Shown here piece after piece: positions 1 to 9,487 of a stretch of 64,000 nucleotides of DNA. Position 1 is the stretch's first letter. Every line of letters begins with the position of its first letter. The stretch is from assembly GCA_963695195.1 (NCBI GenBank), contig CAVOGE010000007.1, positions 1,046,663-1,110,662 on the forward strand, in the 5' to 3' direction. Origin of the DNA: an uncultured Chloroflexia bacterium. Its GTDB lineage: Bacteria; Chloroflexota; Limnocylindria; QHBO01. Below the pieces are notes generated by a model. That model saw only the letters and a list, made by a program, of their open reading frames with translations. It was not told where the DNA came from and made no database searches. The position numbers and the translations under genes are program-made.

Positions 1-1265
1 TAGCACGCCTTCTCGATCTCGAAGGCCGTACACAACCGTTCCTCAGCGTGCGTGAGGCCACCGTACCCGGACAGCAGGGCGGCGCGGGCCGCTGGCACCC
101 ACGAGTCAGGGAGCGGGCCGCCGCGGTCGCGGTGCGCGACTTGGGCTGCGTAGTCGAGCGACCGAAGCATCCCGGACAGGTCGCGGAGTGGCGATGCCGG
201 CGCTCGTCGCTCGGCGAGGGTTCGCGCGGGCTCGCCCTCGAAGTCGATCACCGTGAAGCCGGTGCCCGTCCGCAGTAACTGCCCCAGGTGGTAGTCGCCG
301 TGAATCCGGGTGGCCCGCGCCGTCTCGGCAGAGGCGATGGCCCAGAGGCGATGGCGGATGCCCCGCGCCACGGCCTGCAGCCGCTCGCTCGCCTCGCCGC
401 CCACCACTGCGAGCGCTGCGAGGAGCTGAGTCTCGGCGGAAACGTGCCAGGCGGTCAGCTCCGCGTCCCATGCGGGGCGCGAAGGGAATGCAGCCAGCTC
501 GGGGCGCGATGCGAGTGCTGCATGCAGCCGCGCCGTCAGGTCCCCGATCTGCCCGATCCCGGCCATCGCCGCCTCCTGCCGGTCTGCCGGGCCGGACAGG
601 CAGTCCAGGACCCATTCCCACGCGTCACCAGCGGAGGGAACGAGCTGCTGCAGCATGGCAACTGCGCACGGTTCTCCGTCGGCCGGCAGGTACATCGCCC
701 AGCCGTAGAGCAGCGGGGCATCGGCATAGCCGACCGCCGTCAGGAAGCTGCTGACCTCAACCTCCGGGTTCGCGCCGGGCTCCAGGTGGCGGTAGATCTT
801 CAGGATGAGCCGGTCGCCGAGGATGACCGAGGTGTTCGACTGCTCGACCCGCAGGCGCCGCTCGTCCAGGTCAGCGACTGCGCCGCCGCCGCCTCCGCCA
901 AGGAGCGCGGCCAGCGCAGCCGTCGGCTCGAATCTGAAGCTGCCGCGGTCCGCGCGAATCTCCCCGCCGGACGCGATCAGGCCGACTATCGACCGCCACA
1001 CGCCCTCGCCGTCGTGCGGTTCACGGAATCCGCCCTCACCGCTGACGGCCGGGACGAGGTAGTGGCTCGCCACGCCGTCGGAATCGGTCGCGGTGAGTAC
1101 CAGCAGCCAGGCGACTCCGTCTGGAAGGGGGGCCGCATCCGACACCTCCACACGATTCACCGCGCGCGACTTGCCGCGGAACCAGCGCTGCTCGGCCAGC
1201 CACCGCGCGGAGAACGACCCGGCCAGGCGGTGGCGTTGCGGGTCAGGACTCCGGCTGGGAGCCAT
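1..1265 (-). CDS. mak: Maltokinase (Mak/Pep2 family), 3' end runs off the window
   Basis: Not in the ORF track because it has no stop in the window. Hand translation from ATG 1265 gives MAPSRSPDPQRHRLAGSFSARWLAEQRWFRGKSR...VEQSNTSVILGDRLILKIYRHLEPGANPEVEV...AFEIEKAC, which are maltokinase motifs. Overlaps the treS stop. Confidence 0.88.
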   Translation of the reverse strand, partial: MAPSRSPDPQRHRLAGSFSARWLAEQRWFRGKSRAVNRVEVSDAAPLPDGVAWLLVLTATDSDGVASHYLVPAVSGEGGFREPHDGEGVWRSIVGLIASGGEIRADRGSFRFEPTAALAALLGGGGGGAVADLDERRLRVEQSNTSVILGDRLILKIYRHLEPGANPEVEVSSFLTAVGYADAPLLYGWAMYLPADGEPCAVAMLQQLVPSAGDAWEWVLDCLSGPADRQEAAMAGIGQIGDLTARLHAALASRPELAAFPSRPAWDAELTAWHVSAETQLLAALAVVGGEASERLQAVARGIRHRLWAIASAETARATRIHGDYHLGQLLRTGTGFTVIDFEGEPARTLAERRAPASPLRDLSGMLRSLDYAAQVAHRDRGGPLPDSWVPAARAALLSGYGGLTHAEERLCTAFEIEKAC

Positions 1266-2955
1266 CGGTCAGCAGGAACCAGTAGAACCCATGGGGGCCA
1301 AAGGTCAGCAGATAGGGGAGCTCGCCGATGGCCGGGAAGCGCACGTGCCCGACCAGCTCCACCGGCACGCGTCCGTCGTATCGGCGCAGGTCGAGCTCGA
1401 CGTACTGCGAGAAGCGCGACAGGTTGGCCACGCACAGGATCGTGACGCCATCGTATTCGCGCAGGTAGGCGATCACCTGTCGATTGTCGGGGTGCAGGAA
1501 CTCGATGGATCCTCGCCCGAAGGCGGGGTACCTGCGCCGGACCTCGATGACGCGTCGCATCCAGTGGAGGAGCGAGCCGGGAATCCGCTCCTGGGCCTCC
1601 ACGTTGAGTGCCTGGTAGCCGTACACCGGATCCACGATGACCGGCGAGTAGAGGGCCGCTGTGTCCGCGGTGGAGAAGCCGGCGTTGCGGTCGCCGGTCC
1701 ACTGCATCGGCGTTCGCACGCCGTTCCGATCACCGAGGTAGACGTTGTCGCCCATGGCGATCTCGTCCCCGTAGTAGATGACCGGCGTGCCTGGCATCGA
1801 CAGCAGGAGCATGTTGAGCAGCTCGATCCGCCGGCGGCTGTTGTCGACCAGCGGGGCCAGGCGGCGCCGAATGCCCAGGTTGATTCGCGCCCTCCGATCG
1901 GCGGCATATTCGCTCCACATGTAGTCGCGTTCTTCATCGGACACCATCTCGAGCGTCAACTCGTCGTGGTTGCGCAGGAAGAGCGCCCATTGGCAGTCGC
2001 CGGGGATGGCTGGCGTGCCCTCCATGATCTCGACGATCGGCGTGCGGTCCTCCTTGCGCAGGGCGATCCAGAGGCGGGGCATGAGCGGGAAATGGAACGC
2101 CATGTGGCACTCGTCGCCGTCGCCGAAGTACGGGCGTGTGTCCTCGGGCCGCTGGTTCGCCTCGGCGAGGAGCATCCGGTTGGGGTAGCGCTCGTCCATC
2201 GCCGCCCGCAACTTCTTGAGCACGGCGTGGGTCTCGGGCAGGTTCTCCGAACTCGTTCCATCGCGCTCGACCAGGTACGGCACGGCGTCCAGCCGCAACC
2301 CGTCGACGCCCATGTCGAGCCAGAACTGCATCACCCGCGTGATCGCCTTCACCACCTGCGGGTTGTCGTAGTTGAGATCGGGCTGGTGGCTGAAAAACCG
2401 ATGCCAGTAGTACTGCTGCGTCCCCTGGTCCCACGCCCAGTTCGAGGTCTCGGTATCGGTGAAGATGATCCGGGTGTCCGCATACCGATGATCGTCGTCG
2501 GACCAGACGTACCAGTCCCGCTTCGGGTTGTCGCGCGAGGAGCGCGACTCGATGAACCACGGGTGCTGATCACTGGTGTGGTTGACGACCAGCTCGGTGA
2601 TGATGCGCAGGCCGCGCTTGTGGGCCGCGCGGACGAAGGTTCGGAATTGGCGACGCGTCCCGTAGTCGGGGTGCACATCGGTGAAGTCGGCGATGTCGTA
2701 GCCGTCGTCGCGCAGCGGCGAGGGATAGAACGGCAGCAGCCAGACGGCGGTCACGCCCAGGCTCGCGATGTAGTCGAGCCGCTGGGTCAGGCCCTCGAAG
2801 TCGCCGATGCCGTCGTTCGAGGAATCCGCGAAGGCCTTGACGTGGAGCTGGTAGATGATCGCGTCCTTGTACCAGAGCGGATCGTCAGCCGACGAGCGCT
2901 TGGTGGGGGCCTGTGGATGCGGCCGCTCCGCCGGGCGTTTCACCGTCTGAGTCAC
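1243..2955 (-). CDS. treS: Trehalose synthase / maltose alpha-D-glucosyltransferase (GH13)
   Basis: WYKDAIIYQLHV, LPFYPSPLRDDGYDI, GVDGLRLDAVPYL, LLAEANQ, FLRNHDELTLEMV, NLGIRRRLAPL. Confidence 0.96.
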   Translation of the reverse strand: MTQTVKRPAERPHPQAPTKRSSADDPLWYKDAIIYQLHVKAFADSSNDGIGDFEGLTQRLDYIASLGVTAVWLLPFYPSPLRDDGYDIADFTDVHPDYGTRRQFRTFVRAAHKRGLRIITELVVNHTSDQHPWFIESRSSRDNPKRDWYVWSDDDHRYADTRIIFTDTETSNWAWDQGTQQYYWHRFFSHQPDLNYDNPQVVKAITRVMQFWLDMGVDGLRLDAVPYLVERDGTSSENLPETHAVLKKLRAAMDERYPNRMLLAEANQRPEDTRPYFGDGDECHMAFHFPLMPRLWIALRKEDRTPIVEIMEGTPAIPGDCQWALFLRNHDELTLEMVSDEERDYMWSEYAADRRARINLGIRRRLAPLVDNSRRRIELLNMLLLSMPGTPVIYYGDEIAMGDNVYLGDRNGVRTPMQWTGDRNAGFSTADTAALYSPVIVDPVYGYQALNVEAQERIPGSLLHWMRRVIEVRRRYPAFGRGSIEFLHPDNRQVIAYLREYDGVTILCVANLSRFSQYVELDLRRYDGRVPVELVGHVRFPAIGELPYLLTFGPHGFYWFLLTDGSQPES

Positions 2956-2975
2956 AGCCCAGAGGTTACCCGCCT

Positions 2976-5789
2976 TCAGCCGTTCTGGCGCGGCCCGGTT
3001 GCGTCGAGCACACCTGCGCGCCCGCTCGAGGAGTCGTGACGGCGCAACTGGATCGTACGAATCTCGGCGGGGCCGAGGATCAGGGTCAATACTTCGCCGC
3101 TGATCGCCAGTGGCTCACCGGGCTCACCGCGGAGGCTCGCCTCGCGCGCCTCGGTCAGGCCGCCGCGCACGACGACTTCGCGCGTTGCGGCAGACAGATT
3201 GACGATCCGCGCCTCCAGCCACCCGTCTCGGCGGCGCAGCGATGCCAGCGCAACCTGCTCGCCCTCCACGCTCACTGCGAGGTCACCGGCCCCGCGCGGC
3301 GGCCAGTTCACCCCAGGCGAGGCGCTGCCGGCGGCGGTCAGCAGGCCGTGCCTGTAGCGTTCCGCTGCATCGACAACCCCGCCATCGACCCAGCCACCGG
3401 CGTGGGGATAGAGACCGAATGTCATCCGCCAGGGGCCGCGCATCTGCGCATCCGGGATGGCGATCTCGGGACCGGCGGGATCTTGCCTGAAGGGATTGTC
3501 GTAGCGACTGATCCACCCCGTCGACCGGAGGATGGTGACCGCGAGCTCGCGCCCCTCATCGGTCAGCTCGTACTCGGACAGGTGGTCGAGCAGCACCGCC
3601 AGGCCCCCCGCATCGACCCAGCCATGCGCCGGGAAGGTTGCGAGCGGCTCCTCGCGGTAGCCGCCCTCGCCCGCTGTTCCCCGTTCTACCACCGCGAACT
3701 GGCCCTCGGCGCTCGACCGCTCGTCCCGCCGCGGAAGGGGAGCGTGGAAGCGGACGCGGTGATCTTCGCATTGGTTGTCGAAGGCCACCGTCACACGGAG
3801 AAATGGCTCACCCGCTCGCAGCTCGACTTCGGTGACGACCTCGGTTGCGGTGGTCTCGACGCTGCGGCCCGACCTGTCGGACAGGGAGCTTGCTGGCCAC
3901 TGGTAGGTTCGAACGATCCGCAGTCTCCCCAGCACAGGTCCCTGCTGCCCGACCATGACCGATACGCCCTCGGGCGTATCCGCGAGGCGATCGCCCGGCG
4001 GCGCCCCGTAGTTGTAGGAGTCACCGACGTCACCGCCGTTCACGATGCGCCCCACCCCGGCGGCCGCGACTCCACCGGCCGTCTGGAGTTCCATCTCTCC
4101 GTTTGGCGAAACCGTGACGGTGATGAGGCCGTTCGTCATCGAGCGCTCGGATACAAACACCGCACCGGATGAGTCGGCGGTACCCTCGATCGCCCGGACG
4201 GCAGTCCAGCCAAGCGGAGGGACCGGCACGGACGCGGCGAGCCTCCGACGCGGCAGAGCCACGATGTGCGCGCGCCACCTCTCCCCGGGAGCCGCACGCA
4301 TCGCGGCAGTCACCTCAGCACGCAGGCCGTCAACATCGAGTTGAGCGGGTTCGGGGTCGATGTCGACCGTGAACGTGATCGTGCGTCCGTCGATTCGGTA
4401 GCCGTTCCAGGCGTGATCGAAGATCTCGCGCCCGTGGAAACGGCGAAAGAGCTCATCGACCTGTTCGCCGCGCAGTTCTTCGTCGAAAAGGGTCCGCTTC
4501 TTACGCGCCAACTCCTGAGTCGGCAGGCGGGTGCCGTCAGGCAACTCAAAGGCCACGGAATCCCACTCCTCGGGGACGAAGAGGTCCGCCTCGACCAGAC
4601 CGACCCGCGGCGCAGGCGTGGGGTTCAGGACGGCGACTGCCTGCTGCGGTACGCCACGGGCGACTGCGACCGCTACGCGGCGGGCCAGCGTGCCGGCAAT
4701 CTGCTCCGCCTCTGCGAATCGCACGAGCACCTGGCGCACGACCGGGTCGCTGCTGCATCCGCAGATGGAGTCATGCGCCGAGTTCTCGATCACCTTTCCC
4801 CAGGCGAGACGCAGGAAGGCCGACGGCCATCCCTCAGGGGCGACGTGCAGGGCCGTCAGCGGCTCGGCGTAGCGCTCGAGAAGGGTCTCCGCCCGCCCGG
4901 CGGCCTGCTTGATGTCGATGCGGGCACTCGCCACCCCCATGAGAACGTTGGCGCGGGCTCCGGAGCGCATCTCTCCGCGCCAGATCGGATCGTGCACCGC
5001 CAGCGCTGGGGCCGAACCGATGTACTGCGCAAGGGTCGAGATCCGCATGGGTGGCGTCCCGGACAGCCCGTTGAAGCGGCTGACGAGCGCCACCAGATCC
5101 GGTGTCGGGGCGGTGTGGTCGGTGCCGTACATCGCCAACGCCGGGTCGCCGCCGAACCATGGGCGAGCCCAGTCCGTGAACCGCTCAGCCGCGGCGGCCA
5201 GCCCGTCTGGCACCGCGAACAGGGACGCGGCGTTGCCGTACCCGGCGGGGAGGTACTCGGCCCGCACCCAGGACCCGTCGGGCGCCTCCCAGCGGAAGAC
5301 GTGGCGGTCCACTGCGGCTGGGACGCCTCGCCACACGACGGCATCGGCCAGCCCGGCACGTCGGAGGATCTGGGGCATCTGCGCGACATGGCCGAACATG
5401 TCCGGCAGGTAGCCGACCCGCATCGGTCCGCCGAACGCCTCACCGCGCTCCCAGCCCCGCTCGAGGTTTCGCACCAGGGTCTCGCCGCTGACCAGGAACT
5501 CATCCATGAGGATCTGCCATGGCCCGATGGCCAGTCGCCCGCTCTCCACGTAACGGCGGATAAGGTCCGCCTGCTCGGGGCGGATCTCGAGGTAGTCATC
5601 GATCGTCGCAAGCTGCCCGTCCAGGGTGAATGCGAAGTCAGGCCCGGCTTCGAGCATCTCGAGCACACGGTCGACGACCTCGACGAGCTGCATCCGGAAC
5701 GACTGGAACGGCCGATACCACTCTCGGTCCCAATGCGTGTGCGGAACAAGGTGGATCGGAGAGTCACCGTCGCCGTTTCCGGATGTCAT
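2976..5789 (-). CDS. Alpha-mannosidase, GH38 (MngB-like)
   Basis: HLVPHTHWDREWY zinc motif, GYLPDMFGH, AHDSICGCSSD; 937 aa. Confidence 0.9.
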   Translation of the reverse strand: MTSGNGDGDSPIHLVPHTHWDREWYRPFQSFRMQLVEVVDRVLEMLEAGPDFAFTLDGQLATIDDYLEIRPEQADLIRRYVESGRLAIGPWQILMDEFLVSGETLVRNLERGWERGEAFGGPMRVGYLPDMFGHVAQMPQILRRAGLADAVVWRGVPAAVDRHVFRWEAPDGSWVRAEYLPAGYGNAASLFAVPDGLAAAAERFTDWARPWFGGDPALAMYGTDHTAPTPDLVALVSRFNGLSGTPPMRISTLAQYIGSAPALAVHDPIWRGEMRSGARANVLMGVASARIDIKQAAGRAETLLERYAEPLTALHVAPEGWPSAFLRLAWGKVIENSAHDSICGCSSDPVVRQVLVRFAEAEQIAGTLARRVAVAVARGVPQQAVAVLNPTPAPRVGLVEADLFVPEEWDSVAFELPDGTRLPTQELARKKRTLFDEELRGEQVDELFRRFHGREIFDHAWNGYRIDGRTITFTVDIDPEPAQLDVDGLRAEVTAAMRAAPGERWRAHIVALPRRRLAASVPVPPLGWTAVRAIEGTADSSGAVFVSERSMTNGLITVTVSPNGEMELQTAGGVAAAGVGRIVNGGDVGDSYNYGAPPGDRLADTPEGVSVMVGQQGPVLGRLRIVRTYQWPASSLSDRSGRSVETTATEVVTEVELRAGEPFLRVTVAFDNQCEDHRVRFHAPLPRRDERSSAEGQFAVVERGTAGEGGYREEPLATFPAHGWVDAGGLAVLLDHLSEYELTDEGRELAVTILRSTGWISRYDNPFRQDPAGPEIAIPDAQMRGPWRMTFGLYPHAGGWVDGGVVDAAERYRHGLLTAAGSASPGVNWPPRGAGDLAVSVEGEQVALASLRRRDGWLEARIVNLSAATREVVVRGGLTEAREASLRGEPGEPLAISGEVLTLILGPAEIRTIQLRRHDSSSGRAGVLDATGPRQNG

Positions 5790-5836
5790 GTGAGCTTGAG
5801 CCTAGTCGGTCTTGCCAGGCCCGCGCCAACGGACTC

Positions 5837-6730
5837 CTACTTCACAGAGCCCGCGAGCAGCCCCTGGACGAAGAAACGCTGGAGGCTGAGGAACACGATC
5901 AGCGGCACGACCATGATCACGAATGCCGCGGCCGCGAGCAGGCTCCACTCCGTCGCGTACGTGCCCAACAGCTGGGTGACCTTGACTGTCATCGGCTGAA
6001 TGGCGTTGCGTTGAGCGTAGACCAGCGCCATCAGCAGGTCGTTCCAGACCCACAGGAACTGGAAGATCCCGTACGCGGCGATCGCTGGAACTGACAGGGG
6101 CACCACGATCGTGCGGAAAATACCCACATTCGAGGCCCCGTCCATCCGTGCGGCCTCGATCAAGTCCCTCGGCAGGGTGATAAAGAAATTCCGCAGGAGG
6201 AATATACCGAACGGCAGGGCGTATGCGGTATGGGCGAGCCACACCGCGCCGTAGTTCGTCAGCAGGCCGGTCCCACTCTCGCGGAAGGCGGTGACAAGCG
6301 GGATGAAGCCGACCTGCACCGGCACCATCAGCATCGCGACGATGACGAGGAAGGTCGTGTCACGCAGTGGGAACTTCACCCAGGAGAGGGCATACGCGGC
6401 CATCGACGCGATGAGCAGCGGCAGCAGCGTCGACGGGATCGTGATGAACAGGCTGTTCAGGAACGCCCCTCCCATGCCCTCCGCGGAGAAGACCCGCTCG
6501 TAGTTTGCGAGCGTGAAGCGCGGCTCGAGCAGGACCGTCCACCATCCGGTGGCCCGCATGTCGGCGCTGGGGCGGAACGAGGTGATCAGCAGGCCGAGCG
6601 AGGGGACCAGCCAGACGAGGCCGATGAGCCCCAGGATGATGTGGGTCGGGCCCCGCCCAGCGATGCGCGCCAGGCGCCCGCTGATCGTAAGCGGCTTGCC
6701 GTCGGCAGTCGTATCACGGAGGGCTGTCAC
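5837..6730 (-). CDS. Carbohydrate ABC transporter permease (MalG-like)
   Basis: EAA loop LPRDLIEAARMDGAS, FLWVWNDLL. Probable GTG start at 6730 overlapping the upstream TAG. Confidence 0.92.
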   Translation of the reverse strand: MTALRDTTADGKPLTISGRLARIAGRGPTHIILGLIGLVWLVPSLGLLITSFRPSADMRATGWWTVLLEPRFTLANYERVFSAEGMGGAFLNSLFITIPSTLLPLLIASMAAYALSWVKFPLRDTTFLVIVAMLMVPVQVGFIPLVTAFRESGTGLLTNYGAVWLAHTAYALPFGIFLLRNFFITLPRDLIEAARMDGASNVGIFRTIVVPLSVPAIAAYGIFQFLWVWNDLLMALVYAQRNAIQPMTVKVTQLLGTYATEWSLLAAAAFVIMVVPLIVFLSLQRFFVQGLLAGSVK

Positions 6731-7674
6731 TACTGCACTGCCTCGGCTCGGAAGCGGCGGATATTGAAGATCATGACCGGCACCAGCAGCGCCAGCATCA
6801 CCGTGGCGATGGCGGCGCCGTAGCCCCACTGGCCCTGTTGGAATGCACCCTGGTACATCGAGAAGGCCATCACGCGGCTGGATACCCCCGGGCCACCATT
6901 GGTCATGACGTAGATGATGTCAAAGAGCTTGATCACGTTGACGACGAGCGTCACGGCCACAACCGAGATGGGGAGGCTCACCATCGGCACGATGATGCGC
7001 CAGAAGATCTGCGCCTCCGTCGCGCCATCGACCCGGGCCGCCTCGAGGACTTCGTTTGAGATGCCCTTGATCGCGGCTGACAGGATGACCGTGGCGAATC
7101 CGACGGACGCCCATATGCCAACCACGATGAGTGCCCAGTTGACCGTGTCGGGGTTGCCGAGCAGGGCGACCGGCCCCGCGTCCGCGACGCCGAGGATCGC
7201 GTTCAGCAGCCCGGTCTGCTGATCAGGGGCGTAGACAAAGCGCCAGATGATGGCGAGTGATGTTGCAGCGATTGCCTGTGGCAGGAAGACCACGCTTTTG
7301 ATGAGCGCCTCGTAGCGGACCCGGGTCGCCATCACGGCCAGGACCAGGCCCACGAGGACCGTCAGGGACACGTAGAAGACGATCCACAGCACGTTGTTCC
7401 ACAACGCGCCTGACGGCGGGAAGCCGAGGCGTAGGAAATTCGGGTCCTGCGTGAAGAGCCGCACCCAGTTGTCGAAGCCGACCCAGTCGGTGAATCCGCC
7501 GCCCCGTCCGCGGTTGAAGCTGAGCAGGATTGTGGAGACGGTGGGGTACGCGAGGAAGGCCACGAGCAGCAGAACAGCCGGCGAGAGGAAGACCATCGCC
7601 GCCCAGGGAATCCGCGCGCCCACCTTCGACGGGCCCCTCTTCGAGGGCATCGCGGGTGGATTCGCCGTCGTCAT
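6730..7674 (-). CDS. Carbohydrate ABC transporter permease (MalF-like)
   Basis: EVLEAARVDGATE, FDIIYVMTNGGPG, about 6 TM segments. Confidence 0.93.
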   Translation of the reverse strand: MTTANPPAMPSKRGPSKVGARIPWAAMVFLSPAVLLLVAFLAYPTVSTILLSFNRGRGGGFTDWVGFDNWVRLFTQDPNFLRLGFPPSGALWNNVLWIVFYVSLTVLVGLVLAVMATRVRYEALIKSVVFLPQAIAATSLAIIWRFVYAPDQQTGLLNAILGVADAGPVALLGNPDTVNWALIVVGIWASVGFATVILSAAIKGISNEVLEAARVDGATEAQIFWRIIVPMVSLPISVVAVTLVVNVIKLFDIIYVMTNGGPGVSSRVMAFSMYQGAFQQGQWGYGAAIATVMLALLVPVMIFNIRRFRAEAVQ

Positions 7675-7707
7675 GGGCAGCCGCTCCCTCCTTGTTGAGT
7701 CAGGAGT

Positions 7708-7740
7708 GTCGGGGGAAGGGCGACTCGCCCCTCCCCCGAC
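7708..7740 (-). terminator. Strong stem-loop between SBP and first permease (mRNA stabiliser or attenuator)
   Basis: GTCGGGGGAAGGGCGA-C-TCGCCCCTCCCCCGAC, near-perfect 16-bp inverted repeat just after the SBP stop. Confidence 0.6.
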
Positions 7741-7746
7741 CGAGTC

Positions 7747-9081
7747 TTACGAGGAGGCCCAGGCGGCCGCCGTCGCGGTCTGGAACTCCGCGAGGATCGG
7801 TCCCATCGCCTCGCCTCGCAGCGCGGACTGCAGGACGGCGCCGAGATCGGTGCCGGGGAGCAGGTCGGATCCGTCGAAGCGGACTGCCGTCGCGGTCGTA
7901 ACCTGCTTTGCCTCGTTCTGGATGAGGATCGTCGGGTAGACGCTCGTATCCACGGCCTTGATCGGCGAGATGATCGTCCCGCCGGCGGCCCACACCTGAC
8001 CGGCCTCGGCGGTCGTCAGGTATTCCATGAACGCAGCGACATCCTTGTCCTTGACCAGCGCCGCCATCACGTCGCCACCGTAGGTGACGAGTCCGGCGCC
8101 CTTGCCGTCGATGGTCGGGAAGTCGAACCAGTCGATGGCGGTGCCTTCATGGCCCTTGAGGGCCGGGTTGACGTCCGCGCCGGTGGCGATGCCGCCGACG
8201 AATCCGCCCTCGTAGAACAGCTCGGCCGACGGACTCGTGCCGAAGACCTTGGTGATGCCGTCGACGAAGGCGGTGGCGAGAGCGCCATCAACCCCACCGT
8301 CCATGTTGTCGGCGGTGTAGAGCTCGAGCATCTTGTCGATGGCGGTCTGCACCGACGGATCGGTCCAGTCGCCAGTGGGGCCGAAGAGCGTGTCATAGGC
8401 TTCCGGCCCGTTCAGCTTGAGGTAAATCATCTCGAAGATGTCGGTCAGGTTCCAGCTGTCGCCGGCGGCCACGGACCACGGCGTTGCTCCAGCGTCCTTG
8501 ATGTCGCTGGTCAGCGCCAGGAGGTCGTCCCAGGTCGCGGGGGGTGCGGTCACGCCCAATGCCGTGAATCGGTCGGGGCTGTACCACATCGTCGCCTTCG
8601 AGTTCAGCTTGACCATGACACCGTAGAGATCGCCGTCGACAACGCCGACGTCAAGGATGCCGGGCGCGTAGTTGTCCGCGATCGACGACTGCGCGATGCC
8701 GAGGTCCGCCATCGAGATGAGTGACCCGTCGCGGGCCAGACTGCGCAGCGTCCCGATACCCGGGATGATCGCCACGTCCGGCGGATTGCCGCCGGTGATG
8801 CGAGTCCGCAGCACGGTTGCGTAGTCGGTCCGGTTGGCCTCGTAGGTGGCCTCAATGCCGGTCTTTTCGGTAAACGCTGCGAGCACGGCCAAGAATGCCG
8901 TCTCTTCAGCGCCGCCCCACAGCGACGTGACGACGATCGATCCATCGCCTTCGGGGACGTCAGTACCGCCACCGCCACCGCTACTGCTAGCGCTGGGGCC
9001 GGGGGTCGTGCTCGCCGTCGAGCACGCGCCGAGCACGAGCGCCACGATCAGCGCCGGTGCGAGTAGATGAAACTTCCGCAT
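7747..9081 (-). CDS. Sugar ABC transporter substrate-binding lipoprotein (alpha-glucoside/AglE-like)
   Basis: Lipobox LGAC, Ser/Gly linker, GNPPDVAIIP, RFDGSDL; SD GAGGA upstream. Confidence 0.88.
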   Translation of the reverse strand: MRKFHLLAPALIVALVLGACSTASTTPGPSASSSGGGGGTDVPEGDGSIVVTSLWGGAEETAFLAVLAAFTEKTGIEATYEANRTDYATVLRTRITGGNPPDVAIIPGIGTLRSLARDGSLISMADLGIAQSSIADNYAPGILDVGVVDGDLYGVMVKLNSKATMWYSPDRFTALGVTAPPATWDDLLALTSDIKDAGATPWSVAAGDSWNLTDIFEMIYLKLNGPEAYDTLFGPTGDWTDPSVQTAIDKMLELYTADNMDGGVDGALATAFVDGITKVFGTSPSAELFYEGGFVGGIATGADVNPALKGHEGTAIDWFDFPTIDGKGAGLVTYGGDVMAALVKDKDVAAFMEYLTTAEAGQVWAAGGTIISPIKAVDTSVYPTILIQNEAKQVTTATAVRFDGSDLLPGTDLGAVLQSALRGEAMGPILAEFQTATAAAWASS

Positions 9082-9105
9082 GGGTTCCTCCTATGACCGC
9101 CGGCG

Positions 9106-9357
9106 CTACCCGACGAGTGCCTGCTTCGTCTCCGGGTCGAAGACATGCAGTTTGTCGAGCGGGACTCCCGACTCGATCTGGTCGCCAGCCCGAGCACGGG
9201 TTCCCCACACTTGGTGCGGGTATTGGCGAAGTTCATTGAGGTTGCGCGAGACGTGGGCGTAACGCCTGCCGTCGGAAATCTGCAGGCCGAACTCGTGGAC
9301 CGCGATCACGTCGGCACCGAAGTGCTTAGTGGACGGGGTCAAAGTGACTGTGGCTAT
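9106..9357 (-). pseudogene. Decayed MalK/MsiK-type sugar ABC ATPase remnant
   Basis: MalK-like N-terminus (ATA)ATVTLTPSTKHFGADVIAVHEFGLQISDG joined within about 85 codons to a TOBE-like tail LDKLHVFDPET. No Walker A/B; start appears to be ATG mutated to ATA. Confidence 0.7.
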
Positions 9358-9487
9358 CTCGCGCCCTCTGGGAGGCGGGTCGACCGTAACGGGGGCCTGA
9401 TTGGCCCAGCGGTTCCGCTCCGTCAGGTCGCCCATGATAGCCGCCGGGCAACCCCAAGGCAATTCCTCCCCGAGTTAATGGCTTTGG

